A DNA stretch of 64,000 nt from NCBI GenBank assembly GCA_028278065.1, contig JANQFA010000022.1, forward strand, positions 13,038 to 77,037, given 5' to 3'. The translations under genes and the position numbers were made by a program. The DNA is from Myxococcota bacterium (GTDB lineage: Bacteria > Myxococcota_A > UBA9160 > JAFDET01). The notes under the pieces are model-generated. The model saw only the letters and a list, made by a program, of their open reading frames with translations. It ran no database searches and was not told the DNA's origin. Positions within the stretch are counted from its first letter, which is position 1; the number at the start of each line of letters is the position of its first letter. This document shows, piece by piece, positions 1 through 9,637 of this stretch.

Positions 1-196
<196 letters not shown>

Positions 197-297
197 CTAA
201 GTCTTTGAATCGACGTAATTTTCCGACCGGAGGGGATCGTCGCCCATCGTACCGGACGCCCTCAGCAGCATCAAGGAAAAGCGATACCCTCCGCGCC

Positions 298-1827
298 ATG
301 CTCGAGACTCTTCGCCGTGGTCGTCGCTGGGGTACCGCCGCCGTCGTCGTGCTGGTGGGCGGTGTGTTCGTCGTGTTCATCGGGCTCTCGGGCCCGCTGC
401 AGTGCACCTCGACCGGCGCGAACGTGGTGGTCCAGGTGGGGGATCGCCCCTTCTACCGGGACGACTTCCAGCGCACGCTCTACGAGCAGGAGCAGTACCT
501 GCGGGACCAGCTCGGCGCCGGCTTCGACGCCCGCCAGGCCGAGGAGTGGCTCCAGAACACCGCCGCCAGCGTGATCGTGTCCCAGGCCATCCTGGCGGCG
601 GAGGCCGAGCAGATGGGCCTCGGCGTGGGCCGGGACGAGCTCAAGCGGCGGGTGCTGGCCGATCCGGGCTTCCGGGACGCGGCCGGCGAGTTCGACCGGG
701 AGCTCTACAAGCGGTACGTGTCCTACGAGTACGGCAACGAGGCCGGCTTCCTGGAAGCCACGCGTACCCGCTTCCTCGCCCAGAAGATGGCGCGCCTGCT
801 CTCGGGGAGCGCCTACGTCTCCGAGGCCGAGGCCCGCGACGCCGTGCTCTACGGCTCCCAGGAGATCAAGCTCGCCTGGATCGCCTTCGACGAGAAGGAG
901 GTGGCCGACCGGATGGAGGTCTCCGAGGACGAGATCGCCTCCTTCGCGGGCGCCCACCCCGACCGGATCCAGGCCCGCTACGACGAGCGCCTCGAGGACT
1001 TCGAGCAGGACGAGGCCGTACACGCGCGCCACATCCTGATCGAGCTGGCCAGGGACGCCGACGAGGCCACCGTGGAGAAGGCCCAGGGCGACGCGGTGGC
1101 CGCCCTGACCCGGGTCCGGGAGGGCGAGGACTTCGCGGCCGTGGCCGCCGAGGTCTCCGGCGACTCCGGCTCCAAGGACCGGGGGGGCGACCTGGGCTTC
1201 TTCACCCGCGGGCAGATGACGCCGCCCTTCGAGGAGGCCGCCTTCGCCGGTCAGCCGGGCGAGCTGATCGGTCCGGTGCGCAGCGATTTCGGGTTCCACG
1301 TGATCCGCATCGAGGCGCGCCGCGAGGCCGGCGTGCGCACCCTCGACGACGTGCGCCTCGAGCTGGCCCGCGAGCTCCTGGCGGAGGAGAAATCGCGCAG
1401 CAGGGCGCACGAGGTGACCGAGGACCTGGCCCAGGCGATCGAGGCAGGCCTGACCCTGGAGGAGGCCGTGCGTCAGGCGGGCCTCACCGTCGAGCGCACC
1501 GGCTGGATCGCGCGTCGCCCCGACGGGTTCATCCCCGGCCTGGGCGCCTCCCTGCCCATCCAGGACGCGGCCTTCTCGCTATCCCTCGAGCGTCCCGGCA
1601 CCAGCCAGGTCTTCGAAGTCCAGGGCAAGCAAGCGCTCATCCAGCTCCTCGAGCGGCGCGAGCCCGGCGCGGACGAGCTGGCCACGCGCGTCGCCCAGGA
1701 GCAGGAACGGCTCCTCGAGCAACGCCGCGCCCAGGCCGTGAACGAGTGGATCGACAGCCGACGCAGGCAGCTCGCCGCCGAGGGCAGGCTCTTCATCAAC
1801 CTCGACGCGCTGAACGCGAGCTCGTAG
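298..1827 (+). CDS. PpiD-like periplasmic chaperone / parvulin-type peptidyl-prolyl isomerase
   Basis: Lies in ORF 91..1827. The internal ATG at 298 precedes an N-terminal TM helix (WGTAAVVVLVGGVFVVFIG). A PpiC rotamase motif is present (GGDLGFFTRGQMTPPFEEAAF...FGFHVIRIE), with SurA-N-like flanks. Confidence 0.8.
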   Translation: MLETLRRGRRWGTAAVVVLVGGVFVVFIGLSGPLQCTSTGANVVVQVGDRPFYRDDFQRTLYEQEQYLRDQLGAGFDARQAEEWLQNTAASVIVSQAILAAEAEQMGLGVGRDELKRRVLADPGFRDAAGEFDRELYKRYVSYEYGNEAGFLEATRTRFLAQKMARLLSGSAYVSEAEARDAVLYGSQEIKLAWIAFDEKEVADRMEVSEDEIASFAGAHPDRIQARYDERLEDFEQDEAVHARHILIELARDADEATVEKAQGDAVAALTRVREGEDFAAVAAEVSGDSGSKDRGGDLGFFTRGQMTPPFEEAAFAGQPGELIGPVRSDFGFHVIRIEARREAGVRTLDDVRLELARELLAEEKSRSRAHEVTEDLAQAIEAGLTLEEAVRQAGLTVERTGWIARRPDGFIPGLGASLPIQDAAFSLSLERPGTSQVFEVQGKQALIQLLERREPGADELATRVAQEQERLLEQRRAQAVNEWIDSRRRQLAAEGRLFINLDALNASS

Positions 1828-1838
1828 CCCTCGCGGCG

Positions 1839-1872
1839 CCGACCCCGGGTGCCCGAAGGCACCCGAGGTCGG
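1839..1872. terminator. Bidirectional hairpin between convergent ppiD-like and sigma genes
   Basis: CCGACCCCGGGTGCC-cgaa-GGCACCCGAGGTCGG, a 15-bp stem with one mismatch and a 4-nt loop. There is no clear U-tract. Confidence 0.5.
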
Positions 1873-1892
1873 CTCTACGAGAGTCACACAGG

Positions 1893-3179
1893 TCAGCCTA
1901 CTTCAGCGATCGCTTCAGCAGCAGCGAACTCGGCGAGGTCCTCGCCGAACATCGACGCCCGGAGCTTGGCCAGGGCCCGCGCCTCGAGCTGGCGCACGCG
2001 CTCGCGGGAGAGGCCCAGCTTCGAGCCGATCTCCTCGAGCGTGTGGTCGTTGTTCCCGTTCATCCCGAAGCGCCAGCGCAGGATGTTGCGCTCGCGATCC
2101 GAGAGAGTCTCGATCGAGCGCTGGGTCAGCTCCTGGAGCCGGCGGTGGTCGATGTCGCCCACGGGCGAGGAGATGTTCTCGTCCTTGACGAAGTCGCCCA
2201 CCACCTTGCTCTCGGTGCCACGCACCTCCGCCTCGAGGCTCACCGGATCGCGGGTGATCTGCTCGAGGTTCTCGGCCTGCTCGACCTCCATCCCGACGTG
2301 CTCCGCTACCTCCTTCGGCGTCGGCTTGCGGCCGAGCTTGGTCTCGAGCGCGTTCGACGCGCGGTTGTAGCGGAGCAGCGTGTCGTGCATGTGGCTCGGG
2401 ATGCGGATCGTGCGCGAGTGGTTCTGGATCGCGCGGATCAGGGCCTGGCGGATCCACCAGAGGGCATACGTCGAGAACTTGTGACCGCGCGTGTAGTCGA
2501 ACTTCTCGACGGCGCGGATCAGCCCGAGGTTCCCCTCCTGGATCAGGTCCTGGAAGGTGATGCCCATGTTCCGGTAGTCCTTGGCGATGGCCACCACGAG
2601 CTTGAGGTTGTGACGTGCGAAGGTGTTCTTCGCATTGTCCATGCGCTCCCAGGCCTCCTCGGCGGCCGAGACGGCCTTGAGGAAGTCGGCGGCGTGCATG
2701 CCGAGCTCCGGCTCGAGCGCCTTGCGGGCGCGGGTCGAGCGGACCTTGGAACGCATGGCCACCACCTCGCGTCGGATGCGACCGAAGAGCTGCAGCGACA
2801 GATCGGCCTTGCCCAGGTGGCGCGCCGCCTGACGGCTCTGGCGCACCGCCTCGTCACCCTTGCCGGCCTCGAAGGCGGCCGCGTGACGGTTGAGCGCACG
2901 CGAGGCAGCCGCGACGCACTTGTCGACGTTCGCGGTCAGCTCCGGACCGGCGTCCGAGCCGCTTCCGAACGACTCCGACATCTTGCCGGTCACGCGACCC
3001 GCCTCGCGGGTCTCGTCCCAGACGTCCACGACCACCCGCGCGGCGAACGGAATCGCCAGCATGAGCTCCTGGAACTCGCGCGTCGCGACCTCCAGCTCCT
3101 TGGCGAGAAGACCTTCCTCCTCGCGGGTCAGCGTCGGGATGTCGGCGATATCCTGGAAATACGCTTCTAGGGTCTGCAT
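1893..3179 (-). CDS. RNA polymerase sigma-70 family factor (RpoD/RpoS-like group 1/2)
   Basis: Region 2 is present ([56 protein letters not shown]). Regions 3 and 4.2 are present ([14 protein letters not shown]...[28 protein letters not shown]). Confidence 0.9.
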   Translation of the reverse strand: MQTLEAYFQDIADIPTLTREEEGLLAKELEVATREFQELMLAIPFAARVVVDVWDETREAGRVTGKMSESFGSGSDAGPELTANVDKCVAAASRALNRHAAAFEAGKGDEAVRQSRQAARHLGKADLSLQLFGRIRREVVAMRSKVRSTRARKALEPELGMHAADFLKAVSAAEEAWERMDNAKNTFARHNLKLVVAIAKDYRNMGITFQDLIQEGNLGLIRAVEKFDYTRGHKFSTYALWWIRQALIRAIQNHSRTIRIPSHMHDTLLRYNRASNALETKLGRKPTPKEVAEHVGMEVEQAENLEQITRDPVSLEAEVRGTESKVVGDFVKDENISSPVGDIDHRRLQELTQRSIETLSDRERNILRWRFGMNGNNDHTLEEIGSKLGLSRERVRQLEARALAKLRASMFGEDLAEFAAAEAIAEVG

Positions 3180-3229
3180 CGTCCAACTCCTTGAACCATG
3201 GAAATGACGCCCTGCATCAGTCGGCGCCG

Positions 3230-3258
3230 ACCATATGCTGGATTACGCCTTGCGTCAA
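3230..3258 (-). promoter_or_regulatory. Candidate sigma-70 promoter for the sigma-factor gene
   Basis: Minus strand reads TTGACG (3258-3253), 17 nt, TATGGT (3235-3230), about 50 nt upstream of the ATG at 3179. It sits in the least GC-rich intergenic stretch of the window. Confidence 0.4.
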
Positions 3259-3276
3259 GCGGGTCTCCTCACTTGA

Positions 3277-3323
3277 GTAGTTCCGAGAAATCCAAATGAA
3301 ACCGCGTTGGTAGTCCGAGAGAT
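3277..3323 (-). promoter_or_regulatory. Imperfect 14-15-nt direct repeat upstream of the candidate promoter
   Basis: GTAGTTCCGAGAAAT (3277-3291) and GTAGTCCGAGAGAT (3310-3323) on the plus strand, 33 bp start to start (about 3 helical turns). Confidence 0.25.
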
Positions 3324-3509
3324 GAAATCTGGGGAATGGCCTCGCCGGAACTAGGGGTTTTCCCTCTGTGCCACGACGCGTCAGGCAATTCCCCCGCGGG
3401 CGCGAGTTTTCCTCACGTTTTGAGGAGACATCACCCGGCCTTCTGTCTCCCCGCTTTTTCGCCCGATTCCGGATGTCGAGCGCCCGGGAATGCGCTCCTC
3501 GGGCGCGCC

Positions 3510-4094
3510 CTAGGCGAAGCTGGGCTTGGAGTGGCGGATCAGCTCCATGAACTCGGCGCGGGTCTTGGAGTCGGACTCGAACTCGCCGCGCAGGGAGCTG
3601 GTGATGGCGAAGGCGTTCTGCTGCTCCACGCCGCGCATCATCATGCAGAGGTGGATCGACTCCACCACCACGGCCACGCCCTTGGGTGAGAGCAGGTCTT
3701 CGATGGCCTGGGCGATCTCCTTGGTGAGCCGCTCCTGCACCTGCAGGCGCCGCGCGAACATCTCCACCATGCGCGGCAGCTTGGAGAGGCCGACGATCTT
3801 CCCGTTCGGGATGTAGGCCACGTGGGCGCGACCGAAGAAGGGGATCATGTGATGCTCGCACAGGCTGTAGAAGCCGATGTCCTTCACGACGACCATCTCG
3901 TCGTACGACTCCTCGAAGACCGCGTCGTTGAGGATGACGAGCGGATCCTGGGAGTAGCCCTCGGTGAACGTGCGATAGGCGCGCGCAACCCGACCGGGTG
4001 TCCGCTTGAGACCGTCGCGGCCCGGATCCTCGCCCAGCTCTTTCAGGAGGGAGCTGATCAGACCCTCGATGGGGTCGTGCGTTTCGTCGCTCAT
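3510..4094 (-). CDS. folE: GTP cyclohydrolase I
   Basis: Internal ATG at 4094 of ORF 3510..4463. The product [12 protein letters not shown]...[22 protein letters not shown]...[15 protein letters not shown] carries the FolE type I signature. The ATGA overlaps the upstream stop. Confidence 0.92.
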   Translation of the reverse strand: MSDETHDPIEGLISSLLKELGEDPGRDGLKRTPGRVARAYRTFTEGYSQDPLVILNDAVFEESYDEMVVVKDIGFYSLCEHHMIPFFGRAHVAYIPNGKIVGLSKLPRMVEMFARRLQVQERLTKEIAQAIEDLLSPKGVAVVVESIHLCMMMRGVEQQNAFAITSSLRGEFESDSKTRAEFMELIRHSKPSFA

Positions 4095-4513
4095 CAGGAG
4101 TCTCCGGTCTCGAAGGTGTTGCGGCGCGTCTCGTGCACGCGCACCCGGGCGAGGCGCGGTGGGTCGGGGTGCTCGGCGAGGGCCTTCTCCAGCTCCTCCT
4201 CGACCACGCGCACGATGTTCTCGGCGGTCGGCACGCGCTCGGCGAAAGCGGGGTCGTCGTTCAGGAGCCGGTGTCCGAAGCGGTCGAGCACGCGGCGCCG
4301 CACCTGCGCGTCGAGCCAGGCCGGATCCACGACGCTGCCGCTCTTCGGGTCGATCGGACCGGAGAGGGTGATCTCGACGCCGTAGTCGTGACCGTGCCCG
4401 TTGGGGTTGGAGCACTTGCCGTAGATCCGCTCGTTCTCGGCGGGGCTGAGGTCGTCCCGGCACAGCACGTGGGCTGCCGGAAAGACGTAGCGGCGGGTCA
4501 CGGCCACCTTCAC
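4094..4513 (-). CDS. queD: 6-carboxytetrahydropterin synthase / 6-pyruvoyl-tetrahydropterin synthase family
   Basis: 139 aa. FPAAHVL...[13 protein letters not shown] reproduces the E. coli QueD pattern (FEAAHRL...HKCGRLHGHSF), meaning Zn-His, catalytic Cys and HGH. The GTG start overlaps the upstream TGA (GTGA). Confidence 0.85.
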   Translation of the reverse strand: MKVAVTRRYVFPAAHVLCRDDLSPAENERIYGKCSNPNGHGHDYGVEITLSGPIDPKSGSVVDPAWLDAQVRRRVLDRFGHRLLNDDPAFAERVPTAENIVRVVEEELEKALAEHPDPPRLARVRVHETRRNTFETGDS

Positions 4514-4995
4514 GAGTGCGCCTCGTCTGCGCTGGCCCCCACCCAGTGGTCCCGGGCAGGGTCCTCCTCGCTCACTTCGACCCAGTGGTCCTCGGAGGGC
4601 TGGAGCCGCACGCGTGCGAGGAGGCCGGGGGGAAGAGCCTCGAGAAGCACCTGCCGGATCACCAGGGCCAGGTTCTCGGGGGTGGGGAGGCGCTTCTCGA
4701 AGTAGGGCGTGTCCTCCACCAGGTCCTTGTGGTCGAAGCGGGTCATGATCTCGGCGTGGAGGATCTCCTTCAGCTCCACCAGGTCCATCACCATCCCGGT
4801 GCGCGGGTCGGGCTCGCCGGCCACGGTCACCTCCAGGCGGTAGTTGTGCCCGTGATGGCGTGCCCGCGGGCCGAACGCACGGGCGTTCTCCTCGGGTCCC
4901 AGCTCGGGATCCCGGTAGCGGAGGGAAGCGGAGAACTCGATCGCGCGGGTCATCCGCACGGGGCGGCCGGACACGGCAACTCCTCGATTCGACAA
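4510..4995 (-). CDS. PTPS/QueD-family paralog lacking the catalytic Cys and first Zn-His
   Basis: 161-aa ORF; the start may instead be the ATG at 4953. FSASLRY...[17 protein letters not shown]...DLVELK is collinear with QueD, but H is replaced by L and the CxxxHGH Cys is absent. Confidence 0.7.
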   Translation of the reverse strand: MSNRGVAVSGRPVRMTRAIEFSASLRYRDPELGPEENARAFGPRARHHGHNYRLEVTVAGEPDPRTGMVMDLVELKEILHAEIMTRFDHKDLVEDTPYFEKRLPTPENLALVIRQVLLEALPPGLLARVRLQPSEDHWVEVSEEDPARDHWVGASADEAHS

Positions 4996-5014
4996 GGAAA
5001 ACGAGGCTAGCTGA

Positions 5015-5623
5015 TCAGTATCGCCGTACCAGCCCGCGAACCACGCCGCGGACTTCCACCTCTCCGGCCGGGACCTCGATGGGCGAGAGCGCCGCGTTGG
5101 CGGGCTCGAGCAGCACCTTGGAGCCGCGCTGGCGGAAGGTCTTGAGGGTGGCCTCCTCGCCGCGGATCAGGGCCACCACGGTCTCGCCGTCGCGCGCCAC
5201 CGGGCGGCTCTCCACCACCACGTAGTCGCCGTCGAGGATGTTCTCCTCGATCATCGAGTCCCCGCGCACGCGCAGCACGAACGCCTCGCCTCCGCGCGGC
5301 ACCAGCTCGCTGGGAACCGCGAGGCTCTCTTCGATCTCGATCGCCTCGATGGGTGCGCCGGCCGCCACCGTTCCGAGCAGGGGCAGCGTGACGCTGGCGC
5401 CGCCGTCCGCGCCGTCGGCGACGGGCTCGACCGAGCGCGAGCGGTTCCACGACTTGCGCAGGAAACCCTTCTCCACGAGGTGGTGCACGTGCTTGTGAAC
5501 CGTGGCCACCGACGACAGGCCGAAGTGCGCGCCGATCTCCTCGAGGCTGGGCGAGTAGCCCTGGTCGTCGATGAAGGCGCAGATGAAGTCGTAGATCTCG
5601 CGTTGACGGCGGGTGAGGGCCAT
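5015..5623 (-). CDS. lexA: LexA repressor
   Basis: N-terminal wHTH ([47 protein letters not shown]) and S24 peptidase core ([19 protein letters not shown]...[14 protein letters not shown]). Confidence 0.93.
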   Translation of the reverse strand: MALTRRQREIYDFICAFIDDQGYSPSLEEIGAHFGLSSVATVHKHVHHLVEKGFLRKSWNRSRSVEPVADGADGGASVTLPLLGTVAAGAPIEAIEIEESLAVPSELVPRGGEAFVLRVRGDSMIEENILDGDYVVVESRPVARDGETVVALIRGEEATLKTFRQRGSKVLLEPANAALSPIEVPAGEVEVRGVVRGLVRRY

Positions 5624-5705
5624 CGAGTCCTTCCTTCTCCCCGGCGAAGAGCCTGCCCCGACCTGACGCGAAAGTCAAGCGAAGAAGTTTTTGCGCGGGG
5701 CTCGG

Positions 5706-5733
5706 TTGACACACCCGGGCCCGTGCATACACT
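5706..5733 (+). promoter_or_regulatory. Candidate sigma-70 promoter of groESL
   Basis: TTGACA (5706-5711), 16 nt, TACACT (5728-5733), immediately upstream of the CIRCE element. Confidence 0.55.
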
Positions 5734-5743
5734 CGCGCCCGAT

Positions 5744-5770
5744 TTGGCACCCGAGCCGCCCGAGTGCCAA
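5744..5770 (+). promoter_or_regulatory. CIRCE operator (HrcA binding site)
   Basis: TTGGCACCC-N9-GAGTGCCAA against the consensus TTAGCACTC-N9-GAGTGCTAA. It lies 88 nt upstream of groES, and hrcA is present in this window. Confidence 0.85.
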
Positions 5771-5857
5771 GCTGGATCGTTCGAGGGCGGATCCGTTCAA
5801 TCAATCACAGCGTCTCGCGTCGCCCCCCAGGGGGTCGGCGCCGGAGGACCCAGAGAC

Positions 5858-6145
5858 ATGAAGCTGAGTCCGCTTGGGGACCGCATCCTCGTCAAGCGCA
5901 TCGACGAGGAGGAGCAGACCAAGGGCGGGATCATCATCCCGGATACCGCAAAGGAGAAGCCCCAGGAGGGGAAGGTCGTGGCCGTCGGCCCCGGCAAGAC
6001 CAACGACGAGGGCAACACCGTCCCGCTGAACGTGAAGAAGGGCGACAAGGTCCTCTTCAGCAAGTACGCGGGCACCGAGATCAACATCGAGGGCGAGGAG
6101 CACCTCTTCATCCGTGAAGAGGACGTCCTGGCCGTGCTCGAGTAA
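5858..6145 (+). CDS. groES: Co-chaperonin GroES
   Basis: Internal ATG at 5858 preceded by GGAGGA. The 95-aa product is [46 protein letters not shown].... Confidence 0.95.
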   Translation: MKLSPLGDRILVKRIDEEEQTKGGIIIPDTAKEKPQEGKVVAVGPGKTNDEGNTVPLNVKKGDKVLFSKYAGTEINIEGEEHLFIREEDVLAVLE

Positions 6146-6168
6146 GTCGGGCTACCAGGAGCAGATAG

Positions 6169-7812
<1,644 letters not shown>

Positions 7813-7839
7813 ACCCGGTCTCCAACGGCGCAGAGCCGA

Positions 7840-7871
7840 GGGCCCCGGAGCACCGCTCCGGGGCCCTTTTT
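7840..7871 (+). terminator. Rho-independent terminator of groESL
   Basis: GGGCCCCGGAGC-acc-GCTCCGGGGCCC is a perfect 12-bp stem followed by TTTTT. Confidence 0.85.
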
Positions 7872-7905
7872 CGTGCCTCAAGACTCCTGACCGGGTGGAC
7901 GATGA

Positions 7906-9297
7906 GTGCGCAGATCCTCTTTTCTTCCGGGGACTTGCGCATTGACCGAGGAACGGCAGGTAGGGGCGTTCCGGCGGCGGCTCGAGGCGATGGGCCTCGA
8001 CTGCCGCCCGGTACCCGGTGGGCGCTCGCTCCTGGTGCGGCTCCCCACGCGCGGCGGCCCGCTGACGGCCGGAGCGTCCGAGATCGCAGCCAGCCAGCTC
8101 GTGTTCGCCACGGTCGGCGCCAACCGCATCAAGTGCCTGGTCCCGCGGGCCCTCTTCCACCTCCCGCTGGTCGCGGTGGCCGACTGCGAGAGCCCCGGCG
8201 CCATCGAGGCCCGCATCCGCCAGGCCTGGCGCGAGCGGCAGCAGCAGGTCCAGAAGGCGCGCGACTGGCTCGAGAAGCTGGGCTGCGAGGTCGAGACGCC
8301 CGCAGAGACGCCGCAGGCGCTGGTGCGGGTGGGCGGCAGCGACCATCCGGCAGAGCTGGCGGTGCTCGAGCCCGGCGCGGTGGTGCTGCCCGGGGCCGGG
8401 CTCCTCTCCGGCATGAGTCTCGAGCGTCCCGAGGATCGCCTCTTCCACACCGACGCCGACCTGGACAGCGCCGTGGACCTGGAGCTGGCCGTCACCACCC
8501 GGGCCGAGGAGCTGGTGCGCATCCGCGACCGGCTGGCGCGTCAGGAGCGCGTGCGCGCCATGGCGGCCGGGCAGGAGCGGCCCGCGCTCGTGGTCGAGCG
8601 CGCCACCCAGACCCACCGGGTGCTCCTCGTCGGGCGGCGGCTGCTCGCCGACACCGGCCTGGTCGAGTCGCTGCGCATGCGGGGCTACCGGGTCACGGCC
8701 GTGCGGGGCCCCACCGAGGCGCTGCGCGCCTTCGAGCGCCACTCCTTCGCGATGGCCCTGGTCGAGTCCGAGCTGGATCGCTTCGAGGGGATCGAGATGA
8801 TCCCGACCGTGCGCGCCCTCCCCGGGATCGAGGAGCTGCCGCTCGTGCTCGTCGACACCAAGGTCCGGCCCGACGTGCGCGAGATCGCGCGCAAGGTGGG
8901 CGCCGCCGGGTACGTCACCCACCCGATCGACGTACCGCTGATCGAGGACGGTCTCGCGCGCCTCATCGAGGCCCCCGGACGACGCCGCTTCACGCGCTAC
9001 CCCAAGCGCTTCTCGGTGCGCGCCTCGGGCGCCGCTCGCGCCGAGGTGGCCCACGAGATCGGACGCGGGGGAATGATGGTGTCGACCGCCCGCGAGGTGG
9101 TTCCCCGGGCGCTGCAGCGGTTCGTGGTGACCCTGCCGGACGGCGCCGGCACGGTGGGCGTGGACGCCGAGGTCGTCTACCGCCTGCGCGGCGGCGGCAT
9201 CGACACCCCGCGCCTCGGCGTGCGCTTCGAGCGCTTCACGGAGGACGACGAACGCATCCTGATCGCGTACCTGAGCGCGCTGGAGCGGGGAGCCTGA
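7906..9297 (+). CDS. Three-part protein: unknown N-terminal domain, degenerate receiver (pseudo-REC) domain, PilZ-like C-terminal domain
   Basis: REC-like segment HRVLLVGRRLL...MALVESELDRFEGIEM...LVLVDT...YVTHP has the DD pocket replaced by GRR, the phospho-Asp by Glu, and the Lys by His. The C-terminus has RRRFTR ... EIGRGGMMV, resembling the PilZ RxxxR / DxSxxG motifs. The GTG start is uncertain. Confidence 0.6.
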   Translation: MRRSSFLPGTCALTEERQVGAFRRRLEAMGLDCRPVPGGRSLLVRLPTRGGPLTAGASEIAASQLVFATVGANRIKCLVPRALFHLPLVAVADCESPGAIEARIRQAWRERQQQVQKARDWLEKLGCEVETPAETPQALVRVGGSDHPAELAVLEPGAVVLPGAGLLSGMSLERPEDRLFHTDADLDSAVDLELAVTTRAEELVRIRDRLARQERVRAMAAGQERPALVVERATQTHRVLLVGRRLLADTGLVESLRMRGYRVTAVRGPTEALRAFERHSFAMALVESELDRFEGIEMIPTVRALPGIEELPLVLVDTKVRPDVREIARKVGAAGYVTHPIDVPLIEDGLARLIEAPGRRRFTRYPKRFSVRASGAARAEVAHEIGRGGMMVSTAREVVPRALQRFVVTLPDGAGTVGVDAEVVYRLRGGGIDTPRLGVRFERFTEDDERILIAYLSALERGA

Positions 9298-9333
9298 GCT
9301 GCACGCGGGACGCGGAGCCCCGCAGGACCGGGA

Positions 9334-9543
9334 TCAGCCGAGCGAAGCCCGAGCCTTGTCGATGTCCCCGTCCATGATGGTCTTGCGCTTGTCGCCGTCC
9401 GCCGAGGCCTGGGCGGCGCGAGCCAGACGGGCGATGTAGTCCTCGGCGGCCTCGACGGCCTTGGTCACCGCGGACCCGGAAACGCGCAGTCCACCGCCGT
9501 GCTCGGCCAGCAGACGCTTCACAACCGCATTCGGAAGGGCCAT
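9334..9543 (-). CDS. Histone-fold DNA-binding protein (archaeal HMf-like, bacterial histone)
   Basis: Internal ATG at 9543 of ORF 9334..9708, with a GGGAGAA-type purine-rich SD. The 69-aa product MALPNAVVKRLLAEHGGGLRVSGSAVTKAVEAAEDYIARLARAAQASADGDKRKTIMDGDIDKARASLG aligns position by position with HMfB (LPIAPIGRIIK..G.ERVS..A......E.......A...A.HAGRKTIKAEDIELA). Confidence 0.7.
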   Translation of the reverse strand: MALPNAVVKRLLAEHGGGLRVSGSAVTKAVEAAEDYIARLARAAQASADGDKRKTIMDGDIDKARASLG

Positions 9544-9637
9544 TCCGTGTTCTCCCACCCCCTCCGGCGATCCCGGCCCCGAGCCGGGTGATCCCCCGAG
9601 GAACGCCGCCCATGCTAGGAGGGCCCGAGAGGCCTTG

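Noticed and set aside
5663-5679. Palindrome CTGAC-gcgaaa-GTCAAG in the lexA upstream region as a LexA box.
   Set aside because: It does not match any LexA operator consensus I know (CTGT-N8-ACAG, GAAC-N4-GTTC, GTTC-N7-GTTC, or the Myxococcus, Geobacter and Bdellovibrio types). It also overlaps a -35-like TTGACT, so it is kept only as a note.
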